Shown here piece by piece: positions 1 to 9,464 of a stretch of 61,226 nt of DNA (the first letter of the stretch is position 1; each line of letters opens with the position of its first letter). Origin of the DNA: Bacteroidota bacterium. GTDB taxonomy: Bacteria; Bacteroidota; Bacteroidia; B-17B0; Aurantibacillaceae. The position numbers were made by a program, and so were the translations under genes. The DNA lies in the NCBI GenBank assembly GCA_947487905.1, contig CANLAV010000001.1, positions 1-61,226 of the forward strand, in the 5' to 3' direction. Under the pieces are notes generated by a model. The model worked only from the letters and a program-made list of their open reading frames with translations, did no database searches and had not been told where the DNA came from.

Positions 1-512
1 GTGTTATAACAATTAATGGTGTTTCAAAAGGATTTGCGATGACAGGCTGGAGAGGTGGAATTATGGCAGCACCTAAATGGATTGCACAAGCTTGTGACAA
101 AATGCAAGGACAGTTTACTTCTGCCACATGCAGTATTACTCAAAAAGCAATGCACGCTGCCATGGATTTACCTTCAGAAAGTACAAACTATATGCGCGAC
201 GCTTTTCTTAAACGAAGAGATTTGGTTTTAGATTTAATGAAAGAAATTCCTGGGTTTAAAACTAACATTCCTCAGGGGGCATTTTATGTTTATCCAGATG
301 TTTCTGCTTTGTTTGGAAAATCATACAATGGTTATATTATTAATAATGCCACAGACTTATCTCTTTATTTATTAGATGAAGCGCATGTAGCCTTGGTTCC
401 AGGTGCAGCATTTGGAGATGATAAATACATTCGTTTTTCTTACGCTACCTCTGAAGATAAATTAACAGAAGCTTTAAAACGAATGAAAGTGGCTGTTGAA
501 AAATTAAATTAA
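1..512 (+). CDS. PLP-dependent aspartate-type aminotransferase, C-terminal part (5' end lies outside the window)
   Basis: Frame 3 is open from base 3 (VITINGVSKGFAMTGWRGG...). SK-x-x-x-MTGWR is the class I aminotransferase PLP-lysine motif. ORF track lists 39..512. Confidence 0.8.
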   Translation, partial: VITINGVSKGFAMTGWRGGIMAAPKWIAQACDKMQGQFTSATCSITQKAMHAAMDLPSESTNYMRDAFLKRRDLVLDLMKEIPGFKTNIPQGAFYVYPDVSALFGKSYNGYIINNATDLSLYLLDEAHVALVPGAAFGDDKYIRFSYATSEDKLTEALKRMKVAVEKLN

Positions 513-539
513 TGTTCAATAGGAAATAGTAAGTAAATC

Positions 540-1556
540 ATGAAGAATTTTAAGGTAAAAAAAGAACACATTCGCGAAATTTTCAAATCATTTAATAATT
601 TAAATGTTTTAATTATCGGTGATGTAATGATTGATAGTTACATGTGGGGAAAGGTAAATAGAATTTCGCCAGAAGCTCCTGTTCCTATTGTAGCAGTTAC
701 AAAGAAAGAAAAAAGATTAGGAGGTGCTGCAAATGTTGCGCTCAACATCCAAGCAATGGGCGCCAACCCAATTTTATGTTCTGTAATAGGAATAGACTAT
801 GAAGGTCAAAATTTTTTAGAGTTATTGAAAACTCAGAAATTAAGTCAGAAAGGAATCCTTAAATCGCGCACACGTATTACTACTGAAAAAACACGTGTCA
901 TAGGAAATAATACTCAACTTTTAAGAATTGATGAAGAGGTTGATGAGGATATTACACCTGCAGAAACGCAGCAATTAATTACACTTATTTCCTACATTAT
1001 TCAGCACGAAAAAATAGACTGTATCTTGTTCGAGGATTACAACAAAGGTTTAATAACTCCTAAGCTCATATCGAAAGTAGTAGAATTAGCAAAAAGCAAA
1101 AGCATACCAACCTGCGTTGATCCAAAAAAGAAAAACTTTAATGCATATAAAGGCGTTACTTTATTTAAACCTAATTTGAAAGAATTGCGCGAAGGTTTAA
1201 AACTTGATGTTAGTTCAGATAATATTAATGAGTTACAAAGGGCTATTAGTAGTTTTAGAGTGAAGCAGAAGTTTGAATCTGCACTTGTTACATTAGCAGA
1301 AAAAGGTGTTATTGTAAATTCACGTTCGATAAAAGAACATACGCCCGCGCATATTCGATCTATTGCAGATGTAAGTGGAGCAGGTGACACTGTAATAAGC
1401 GTTGCAGCCTTATTAACAGCATTACATGTTAATCCAATTATTACCGCTCACATATCTAATTTAGCAGGTGGATTAGTTTGTGAACAAATAGGCGTTGTGC
1501 CAATTAATAAAGAACAACTTCTAGAAGAAGCTTTGAAGTTGAATTTCGTAAAATAA
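540..1556 (+). CDS. PfkB-family sugar kinase, RfaE/HldE domain I-like (heptose-7-phosphate kinase-like)
   Basis: VLIIGDVMIDSYMWGKVNRISPEAPVPIV matches the HldE kinase N-terminus. DVSGAGDTV is the PfkB signature. Confidence 0.75.
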   Translation: MKNFKVKKEHIREIFKSFNNLNVLIIGDVMIDSYMWGKVNRISPEAPVPIVAVTKKEKRLGGAANVALNIQAMGANPILCSVIGIDYEGQNFLELLKTQKLSQKGILKSRTRITTEKTRVIGNNTQLLRIDEEVDEDITPAETQQLITLISYIIQHEKIDCILFEDYNKGLITPKLISKVVELAKSKSIPTCVDPKKKNFNAYKGVTLFKPNLKELREGLKLDVSSDNINELQRAISSFRVKQKFESALVTLAEKGVIVNSRSIKEHTPAHIRSIADVSGAGDTVISVAALLTALHVNPIITAHISNLAGGLVCEQIGVVPINKEQLLEEALKLNFVK

Positions 1557-1591
1557 TATCATTCAACATAGGTTGAACTAACTAACTAATT

Positions 1592-2317
1592 ATGGCATCA
1601 GTAACTCCTTATAATAATTCCGATTCAAAAAAAAATCAAGTGGCGCAGATGTTTGACAACATTGCCTTTAGGTATGATTTTTTAAATTCCTTACTTTCAT
1701 TAGGAATTCATAAAGGTTGGAGAAAAAAATGCATCAAGTTAATTGCAAAAAAAAATCCCCAATACATTTTAGATGTAGCAACTGGAACGGCTGATTTTGC
1801 AATTGAAGCGCTAAAGTTAAAACCGATAAAAATAGTAGGCGTTGACATTAGTGAAGGTATGATGAAATTTGGTAGAGTGAAAATTGAAAAATTAAAAGCT
1901 CAAAGTAAAATTACATTACATTATGGAGATGCTGAAACATGTGATTTGGCTGATAATTCGATAGACGCAATTACCGTTGGTTTTGGTGTTCGTAATTTTG
2001 AAAACTTGGAAAAGGGTTTAATTAACATGAATCGTATTTTAAAACCAGGCGGACAAATTTGTATTTTAGAATTTTCTACACCGCGTAAATTTCCTTTTAA
2101 ACAATTTTATAAATTTTATTTTAAGTTCGTTACACCCACATTAGGAAAAATATTCTCGAAAGACGCGAGAGCCTATACCTATTTACCCGAATCAATCAAA
2201 GTATTTCCAGATAACGAACATTTTGTTTCCATTTTAAAAAATTGTGGTTATGTTAATGCTAACTTCGAATCTTTAAATTTTGGATTGGCAGCTATTTATT
2301 TAGCAGAAAAGAAATAA
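1592..2317 (+). CDS. ubiE: Demethylmenaquinone/ubiquinone C-methyltransferase (UbiE/MenG family)
   Basis: VAQMFDNIAFRYDFLNSLLSLGIHKGWRKK is the UbiE signature. ILDVATGTADFA is the SAM motif I. 241 aa. Confidence 0.85.
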   Translation: MASVTPYNNSDSKKNQVAQMFDNIAFRYDFLNSLLSLGIHKGWRKKCIKLIAKKNPQYILDVATGTADFAIEALKLKPIKIVGVDISEGMMKFGRVKIEKLKAQSKITLHYGDAETCDLADNSIDAITVGFGVRNFENLEKGLINMNRILKPGGQICILEFSTPRKFPFKQFYKFYFKFVTPTLGKIFSKDARAYTYLPESIKVFPDNEHFVSILKNCGYVNANFESLNFGLAAIYLAEKK

Positions 2318-2322
2318 TCTTT

Positions 2323-3339
2323 TTATCTAAATAAAGCGACTTTACCGTTTCGTAAAACTTTTTTATCTGAATTTTTTTGTATTACTTCTAAATGATATAC
2401 ATAAATATCGTCAGGACATGGATTGTTTTTAAATTTCCCATCCCATTTACTATTGATGTTATTCGACGTGTAAACTACATTTCCCCATCGGTCCGAAACA
2501 ATCAATAAATAATAAGAATACTCACATTGAAATGTAGGAGAAAATAAATCATTTTTTTCATCCTCATTAGGCGTAAAACTATTTGGTAGATAAATTTCAC
2601 AATCGCAATTTTTATATTTTACTGTAACGCTATCTGTTTTTGAGCCACAATTTTTTGAAACTGATCTTACCCAATAAATCCCTTCTTTAGTTGCGTTTAT
2701 TGAAGACAAATTGGACCCTGTATTCCAATAAAGTTTAACATCATTATTCACCTTAATGGAAAGTGTTTTATTTGGCTCGCTTTCGCACACAACTAATTCT
2801 TTTCCAAAATTAGGAATTGAACCAGCAAGACTTCTTACTTTAAATGTATCAGTATAAGCGCATCCTTTGTTGTAGCATTTTATCCAATATGTATTCGCTT
2901 TTTCTATTTTTATTTGATCGGTTGTTTCAGCTGTGCTCCACAAATAGTAAGGTGTTTTTATTTTAGGACTAATTAACAATACTGATCCAGTACATAAGGA
3001 TGTGTCTCTCATTTTAAATTTTAGACGTTCAAATGTTTTTACAAAAGTGGTTTCATGATAGGTTTGTTTTCCATCTCTTACTTTTAGTAAATACTGACCT
3101 TTATATTTTATATAATATTGTTTAGAATTATAAATTGAACCATAAGGGGTGTCCCACTGAATTACCGCATCTTTTGTTAAAGTTGACGTTTTAAAATCTA
3201 TCAAAATAGAATCTCCTAAACATACATATATAGTATCTTTTAAAAAAATACTTGTTTTAGTTTGAGCTTTAAGGTCATGTGAAAGCATGAAAAAAAAACC
3301 AATAATGAGGTAGGATATATTTTTAATAGCGGACTGCAT
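2323..3339 (-). CDS. Secreted protein with gliding-motility-associated C-terminal domain (T9SS type B sorting domain)
   Basis: N-terminal signal peptide. C-terminal YLPNSFTPNEDEKNDLFSP...VYHLEV block is typical of CHU_C/T9SS type B CTDs. Confidence 0.75.
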   Translation of the reverse strand: MQSAIKNISYLIIGFFFMLSHDLKAQTKTSIFLKDTIYVCLGDSILIDFKTSTLTKDAVIQWDTPYGSIYNSKQYYIKYKGQYLLKVRDGKQTYHETTFVKTFERLKFKMRDTSLCTGSVLLISPKIKTPYYLWSTAETTDQIKIEKANTYWIKCYNKGCAYTDTFKVRSLAGSIPNFGKELVVCESEPNKTLSIKVNNDVKLYWNTGSNLSSINATKEGIYWVRSVSKNCGSKTDSVTVKYKNCDCEIYLPNSFTPNEDEKNDLFSPTFQCEYSYYLLIVSDRWGNVVYTSNNINSKWDGKFKNNPCPDDIYVYHLEVIQKNSDKKVLRNGKVALFR

Positions 3340-3381
3340 TATTTTTTATTTAGTGCGTTTTTATAATTTTAAAAATGATAA

Positions 3382-6318
3382 TTAGATTTGTATTGTGATT
3401 GAAATAATTGTTCCATGGTCTGTTTCATCATGGTCTTGTTTATCAATAATTTCTACTTTTTGATTTTTTCCAGTCAGTTTAGTATTAAGTTCTAAAATAT
3501 TTTCAATTGTTTTTGTTCCTAACGATTTATGGTCAGATTTAGCGTGTTCTTTTGCTTTTTTGTATCCAATGCCGTCGTCTTCTATAATAATTAGTAATGT
3601 TTTTTTATTTATTTTTTTCAATCGAATAAACAAAGTGCCATGTTCATGTTTTGGCAATATACCATGTATGATAGAGTTTTCAGCATACGGCTGAATAATC
3701 ATATTTGGTATTTTTATTTCATCAGTTTTTAACTCTAAATCCACATCTATTTGAAAATCAAATTTGCCCTTAAATCGTTCTTTTTCTAACTCTAAATAAT
3801 AATTTAATCGAACAATTTCTTCACTCAGTAAAATTTCGCCTTGAGATGCTTTTTCAATAATCATACGAATTAACCTCGAAAATTTAGCAAGGTATTCGCT
3901 TGCTTTTAATGAGTCGTTGATGTTAATGTAATTTTGAATACTTGTTAACGAGTTGAAAATAAAATGGGGACTCATGAGCGAGTTCATTGCTTGATGTTTT
4001 AATAAGTTAACTTGCCTATCTTCTTGAACACGTCGCGTAGCATTCTTTTTGATTCTCTTAATAACGAAGTAAGAAAATATACTTAATACAAATAAAGAAC
4101 CAAATATTAAACTAAGGTTGAACCAAATGGTTTGCTTAAACGGAATGTCTTTTTTTATTGAAATCAAAATTGGATCAGACCAATTAATTCCATCATAAGA
4201 ACACGTAATTTCAAGACTGTGTTTACCACCTTCTAAAGAAGTTAAATGGACTTGTGTATTTTCTAAATTTAACCATCGGCTCTTATCAAATTTATATTTA
4301 TAATATTGTTTATTAGGCTTTATAAATAGTGGACTAATAAATGTGATGACTACATCGCTTTCCGAACTGTTTAAATACAAAATATCATTAATTACATGTG
4401 CGGTTTTTTCATCTACTTCAATAGAGGATATAAATGGTTTTTTCGCGATTTTAATATTAGATAATAAATCACTAATGTTACATATGGTTGTGCCTCTGTT
4501 AGTGCATATACAACAGTTATCATTGTCAAATACTACATCATTAACTGTATTAGATTGCAGCCCATTTGTTTTATTGTAAATAACAATGGGATTAAATTTT
4601 TCATCGCAAATAAATAATCCGTCTAACGTAGCTACCCATATTTTATTTTTGTAAAATTTTATTTTTTTAACTGATGTTAATCTATGTTCTCCAATTTGTT
4701 GAATAATGGTTGAATCTTCTAAAATTGTAATGCCGTTATCATGAGCCAAGTATGTTCTGTTTTTGTAGTTCTGAATGTGATTAATGTTATAGTTAAAAAG
4801 TTCTTTTTTATACTGCTTAAACGTTTTTGATTTAAGATTATAAATAGACAAACCTTCAGATGTACCAATGTATAAATTGCCATTTTTATCATTTAAACTA
4901 TTTATTTTTGTCCGGTAATCGATATAAGAAATCAATGTATCCGTTAGTACAAATTTCCCTGAACTATAATTTTTTATTTTATATAATGTGGCTGTTCCAT
5001 CAGCAATGTAAGCTTCGTTAGGTTTTTGAGAATATTCGAATAAACGAGATTGAATGGGAACAAAGTTGTAATACGCTTCATTCAATAATACTGATTTTGA
5101 CTTATTAGAAATAGAGTTTGTTTTCGAGTAAATCACTGTTTTACCAATTGGTTTAATGTCGAAAATTTCCTCTCGAAAAATATCGTCAGGAGATACAATT
5201 GTTTGTGTGTTACTTGTTTTTTTATCATAAACAAACAACCCATTTATGGTTCCAACACACACATTGTCATTTACAAAAGCAGCGCAGGTTACTGGTAATA
5301 TTTTTCTGCCCGATGTAAAATTAACATTCTTGAATAAGGAATTTTGAATTAAGTAAACACCATCATTAAAAGTTCCTATCCAAATATTTTCGTCATTGTC
5401 TTTTACAATACAATTAACTAATACCTTGTCAATTCCCAAAATATCAAACACATTATACGTGATATCGTTTTCAATAACGTATAAGTTATCGTCTGGTGCA
5501 TTTGAAAACCAAACTCTATTGTATTTATCAACAAGTAATTTGCTCACATTTGCCACATTATTTGAACTAAAAAAACTATTTGTTTTTTGAGTATTAATAC
5601 TAATTATTTTAGTAATAACGTTGTCTTTTAAGCATAAAATAGCATTATCTGTTCCTAAGTAAATAACGCCGTCTTCATTTTCTGTGATTGAATAAATAGG
5701 GCATTTTTTATCGATGTTAATTTTCGCTTGTTTATCGCCATTAAAAAAATATAATCCATTCGTTCTTCCAATTAAAACTTTGCCTGATTTTGTTTTAAAA
5801 ATGCAATGCGCTCTATCGTCTTTATTCCCAATAAATAAATCATCCCCAGTTATTTTGTTTGTTTTTATTTCAAGAGACGATACACAAATTTGATCTGTGA
5901 TTGAATAGATGTAATTTTTAGTAAAAATTAACTCATCAACTGAGTTGTTAAATTTTAATTTTTCATTTAAAGTCGCTGTATTTGTTTTATTATTGAAATT
6001 ATAGACTCCTTCTTTTCTGTTAATAATAACCAATTGATTTTCTAAATTAAATCCAATATTTCTTATGTAGTTAGACTTTAAAGACGTTTTTGGTTTTATT
6101 TTTTGAAAATTATAACCATCAAAATTATATACACCATTTTCTGTTGCTAAGTATAAAATATGATTAGCGTCTTGTTTGATAGCGAAAATATTGGCATTGC
6201 TAAGCCCATCTTCTGGTCCAAAATGCTGAAACGAAAAACTTCGGTTTTGACCAATTGAATAACTCGTAATAAGCATTACGGCAACAAAAAACAGATATTT
6301 ATTAGCGAATAGCCTCAT
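3382..6318 (-). CDS. Sensor histidine kinase with a large beta-propeller/Y_Y_Y-type extracytoplasmic region and a LytS/YehU-type kinase core
   Basis: 978 aa with a signal/TM segment and a repetitive propeller-like region. One TM (FNLSLIFGSLFVLSIFSYFVI) precedes LLKHQAMNSLMSPHFIFNSLTSIQNYI (His_kinase H-box) and a HATPase (IIEDDGIGY). Confidence 0.8.
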   Translation of the reverse strand: MRLFANKYLFFVAVMLITSYSIGQNRSFSFQHFGPEDGLSNANIFAIKQDANHILYLATENGVYNFDGYNFQKIKPKTSLKSNYIRNIGFNLENQLVIINRKEGVYNFNNKTNTATLNEKLKFNNSVDELIFTKNYIYSITDQICVSSLEIKTNKITGDDLFIGNKDDRAHCIFKTKSGKVLIGRTNGLYFFNGDKQAKINIDKKCPIYSITENEDGVIYLGTDNAILCLKDNVITKIISINTQKTNSFFSSNNVANVSKLLVDKYNRVWFSNAPDDNLYVIENDITYNVFDILGIDKVLVNCIVKDNDENIWIGTFNDGVYLIQNSLFKNVNFTSGRKILPVTCAAFVNDNVCVGTINGLFVYDKKTSNTQTIVSPDDIFREEIFDIKPIGKTVIYSKTNSISNKSKSVLLNEAYYNFVPIQSRLFEYSQKPNEAYIADGTATLYKIKNYSSGKFVLTDTLISYIDYRTKINSLNDKNGNLYIGTSEGLSIYNLKSKTFKQYKKELFNYNINHIQNYKNRTYLAHDNGITILEDSTIIQQIGEHRLTSVKKIKFYKNKIWVATLDGLFICDEKFNPIVIYNKTNGLQSNTVNDVVFDNDNCCICTNRGTTICNISDLLSNIKIAKKPFISSIEVDEKTAHVINDILYLNSSESDVVITFISPLFIKPNKQYYKYKFDKSRWLNLENTQVHLTSLEGGKHSLEITCSYDGINWSDPILISIKKDIPFKQTIWFNLSLIFGSLFVLSIFSYFVIKRIKKNATRRVQEDRQVNLLKHQAMNSLMSPHFIFNSLTSIQNYININDSLKASEYLAKFSRLIRMIIEKASQGEILLSEEIVRLNYYLELEKERFKGKFDFQIDVDLELKTDEIKIPNMIIQPYAENSIIHGILPKHEHGTLFIRLKKINKKTLLIIIEDDGIGYKKAKEHAKSDHKSLGTKTIENILELNTKLTGKNQKVEIIDKQDHDETDHGTIISITIQI

Positions 6319-6379
6319 ACAGTTTGTAACAACTTTTTAATGTTGTTAGGTCCCAAATAATTTATAAATAGTTGATAAA

Positions 6380-7129
6380 TTACTTTGGGGTAACGGCTCT
6401 GGTTTTTAAGAACTCCGAAAACTCTTGTGAGCGAGCTTTTGAAACTTGAATACTTGTACCATCAGACATGATAATCGTTCCGCCTTCAGCATTAGAATAT
6501 TCTTTGATATAATCAATATTGATTAAGGATGAACGATGAATTCTGAAGAAAACATTTGTTGGTAATATGGCTTCAAATTCTTTCAATGTTTTTGAAGCTA
6601 CAATTTTTTTATTATTGTTGTTGCTTAAAAAAATATTCGTGTAATTATCTGAAGCTTCTAACCAAACAATGTCTTTATAATCTATTAATGTAAATCCTTT
6701 ACTGTGATTAATTAAAACAAGATTTTTATCTACGTTAGCAGTATTGGTAACAATTGTTTTTTGCTCATAATTATGCACCACTTTTTTTACTGCCTCTTGA
6801 AGTTCTTTTAAAATCAAAGGTTTTAAAAGGTAATCGATGGCTCCAGCTTTTACGGCATTAATACCATGCTCACTATATGCCGTTAAAAAAATTAAACAAA
6901 AATCTCGATGCGCTAATCCATCAATCATCTCTAATCCTGTCATTCCAGGCATATTGATATCACAAAAAACAACTTGTGGTTTTAGGTCTTGTATCAATTT
7001 TTTTCCTTCCATACCGCTTGAAGCTTCAGCTATGACAACTATTTCCGGACAATAGCTTTCTAGCATCGTTTTGGTGTTGCTACGACTGTTTTCTTCGTCG
7101 TCAATGATAATGGTAGTATAGGTTTGCAT
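6380..7129 (-). CDS. LytR/AlgR-family response regulator (REC + LytTR DNA-binding domain)
   Basis: IIIDDEENSR and VVFCDINMPGMTG mark the receiver domain with its phospho-Asp. LytTR C-terminus has FFRIHRSSLINIDYI. Adjacent to the kinase. Confidence 0.9.
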   Translation of the reverse strand: MQTYTTIIIDDEENSRSNTKTMLESYCPEIVVIAEASSGMEGKKLIQDLKPQVVFCDINMPGMTGLEMIDGLAHRDFCLIFLTAYSEHGINAVKAGAIDYLLKPLILKELQEAVKKVVHNYEQKTIVTNTANVDKNLVLINHSKGFTLIDYKDIVWLEASDNYTNIFLSNNNNKKIVASKTLKEFEAILPTNVFFRIHRSSLINIDYIKEYSNAEGGTIIMSDGTSIQVSKARSQEFSEFLKTRAVTPK

Positions 7130-7267
7130 CTCGTATTATTTTTAAGCTAATCTAATCAAAATTAAACTTAAATCCAATACTTTTATTCAATAATTTACCT
7201 TTTGTATCAAATCGTGTTTTTTGAAACAGAGTATTTATTAACTTGCACTTTTATTAAATATTTCATT

Positions 7268-9448
7268 ATGATTTTAAGATTAATAATAGTTGTTTTTTTA
7301 ACGACTTTTTTAGGAAATATGTTTGCACAAAAAAACATATCCGTAGAAGACATTTTTACATTTAGGAAATTTTCTTCCAAATCTGCTTCTGGTTTCAAGG
7401 CCTTAAAAAATGGCATGCATTATACCGATATCGTTTCTGAAAATGGGAGTAACCAAATTGTGAAGTACGATTTAAAAACTGGAAAAAAGCTGGCTATTGT
7501 ATTAGATAATAAAAGCCTGAAAGTTGCTGGAAACCCAATTGATATAAGCGATTATTCTTTCAGTCCGGATGAGTCAAAAATTGTATTTAAAATAAACGTT
7601 GAAGAGATTTACCGCCGCTCATCAAAAGCTGAATATTTTATTTACGATATTTATAAAGGTACACTGTCTGCGTTGTCTAATAATGGAAAACAAATGTTTG
7701 CAGCCGTTTCTCCTCTCGGCAATAAAGTAGCATTTGTTCGCGATAATAATTTATTTATGAAAGATTTAGATTCTAATCAAGAATCACAAATCACTTTGGA
7801 TGGAAAAAATAATGAAATAAAAAATGGCTGGGCTGATTGGGTTTATGAAGAAGAATTTAGTAAAGCAGATTATTTTGATTGGAATGCAGATGGATCGAAA
7901 CTTGCTTTTGTCCGATTTGACGAGCGTAAGGTAAAGGAGTATTCCTTTGATGTATATAACAATAATTTATATCCGGATAAAGTAACATTTAAATATCCAA
8001 AAGCTGGCGAAGATAATTCCTTAGTTTCTGTGCATATTTATGATTTAAAAACTGCTAAGATCGTTAATGTTGAATTAGGTACTGAATTAGATATTTACAT
8101 TCCTAGAATTAAATGGACAACAGATCCAAATTGTTTGTCTGTACAAAGAATGAATCGATTGCAAAATAAGTTAGAGCTATTTTACGCTAACGCTTCAACT
8201 GGGGATACAAAAGTTATATTAACTGAAGAATCAAAAACTTATGTGGATGTAAGTGATGATTTAGTGTTTTTGCCAAATGGAAAAGGTTTTATTTGGACGA
8301 GTGAAAAAGATAATTTTAATCATTTATATGTTTATGATAATAACGGAATTTTAGTAAATCAAATAACAAAAGGAGCTTGGGATGTCATTGCTTTTTATGG
8401 ATATGACCCGCAAACTAATCGGTTATATTATCAAAGTACGGAACAGGGACCGATTAACAGAGTCATTTATAGTATCAGTTTAAATGGGAAAACAAAAAAT
8501 AGTTTATCTTCACTTTCTGGAACAACAGATGCTGAATTTAGTAATGGTTTGAAATATTATGTGAGCACATTTTCGAATGCAAATACTCCGCCAGTTTATG
8601 AGCTACATAGTGCCGATGGAAAGTTGATTAAAGTTCTTGAAAATAACGCTGATTTAAATTTGCAAATGAAAAATTACAGCTTATCTAAAAAAGAATTCTT
8701 TTCATTCAAAAATTCAGATGGTGTTGAGTTAAACGGTTGGATGATGAAACCACGTGATTTTGATGCGTCAAAAAAATATCCAGTTTACATGTATGCATAT
8801 AATGGACCGGGATCTAACAAATGCAATAACGCATGGGATAGAACAGATTTTTGGTGGCATTCATTACTTAATCAAGAAGGTTATATGGTTGTATGTGTCG
8901 ATGGTAGAGGCACTTTAGGTAGAGGAAGAGAATTTAAACATAGTACGTATTTACAGTTAGGTAAATTAGAAGTTCAAGACCAAATCGAAGCCAATCAATA
9001 CATTGGTAATTTATCATTTGTAGATAAAACACGTATTGGTTTCATGGGTTGGAGTTATGGTGGTTATATGGCTTCATTGTTAATTAGTAAAGGCGCAGAT
9101 TATTTTAAAGCGGCAATCGCTGTGGCACCTGTTACCAATTGGAAGTTTTACGACAATATTTACACTGAACGTTTTTTGAGAAAGCCCTCAGATAACAAAA
9201 GCGGCTACGAAGATAATTCACCTATTAATTTTACTAAAAAAATTAAAGGAAAGTTTTTATTAATTCATGGTAGTGGTGATGATAATGTTCATTTTCAGAA
9301 CTCAATGGAACTATCTCGAGAATTGGTAAAAAATAATATCCCATTCGACTTCATGACATACCCAAATAAAAACCATGGTATATCTGGTGGTTTAACACGC
9401 ACACATTTATACAATAAAATGCTAACATTCATTAAGGTTAATTTATAA
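7268..9448 (+). CDS. Dipeptidyl-peptidase IV (S9B prolyl oligopeptidase family)
   Basis: GWSYGGYM is the nucleophile elbow; GSGDDNVH and NKNHGI complete the triad. Start moved to ATG 7268 (MILRLIIVVFLTTFLGNMFAQ signal peptide) from the TTG at 7202 in the ORF track. Confidence 0.85.
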   Translation: MILRLIIVVFLTTFLGNMFAQKNISVEDIFTFRKFSSKSASGFKALKNGMHYTDIVSENGSNQIVKYDLKTGKKLAIVLDNKSLKVAGNPIDISDYSFSPDESKIVFKINVEEIYRRSSKAEYFIYDIYKGTLSALSNNGKQMFAAVSPLGNKVAFVRDNNLFMKDLDSNQESQITLDGKNNEIKNGWADWVYEEEFSKADYFDWNADGSKLAFVRFDERKVKEYSFDVYNNNLYPDKVTFKYPKAGEDNSLVSVHIYDLKTAKIVNVELGTELDIYIPRIKWTTDPNCLSVQRMNRLQNKLELFYANASTGDTKVILTEESKTYVDVSDDLVFLPNGKGFIWTSEKDNFNHLYVYDNNGILVNQITKGAWDVIAFYGYDPQTNRLYYQSTEQGPINRVIYSISLNGKTKNSLSSLSGTTDAEFSNGLKYYVSTFSNANTPPVYELHSADGKLIKVLENNADLNLQMKNYSLSKKEFFSFKNSDGVELNGWMMKPRDFDASKKYPVYMYAYNGPGSNKCNNAWDRTDFWWHSLLNQEGYMVVCVDGRGTLGRGREFKHSTYLQLGKLEVQDQIEANQYIGNLSFVDKTRIGFMGWSYGGYMASLLISKGADYFKAAIAVAPVTNWKFYDNIYTERFLRKPSDNKSGYEDNSPINFTKKIKGKFLLIHGSGDDNVHFQNSMELSRELVKNNIPFDFMTYPNKNHGISGGLTRTHLYNKMLTFIKVNL

Positions 9449-9464
9449 TTTAGTAGTTACGGAA

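Noticed and set aside
1037-1390. Antisense or overlapping short ORFs nested in well-supported genes. Examples are 1037..1390, 4343..4579, 5396..5590, 6837..7055, 7207..7416, 14724..14933, 16347..16855, 21510..22105, 26587..27865, 35097..35741, 36299..36532, 39803..40243, 42461..42772, 43788..43985, 44836..45090, 48217..48402, 49357..50307, 50428..50655, 54043..54587, 55285..55509 and 58054..58266
   Set aside because: Each is fully embedded in a longer ORF that has strong family motifs. Their products are low-complexity or hydrophobic strings of the kind expected from alternative-frame translation of AT-rich coding DNA.
7202-7267. TTG start for the DPP-IV gene at 7202
   Set aside because: ATG 7268 yields a clean signal peptide. 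The upstream 22 codons lie in the divergent promoter region.
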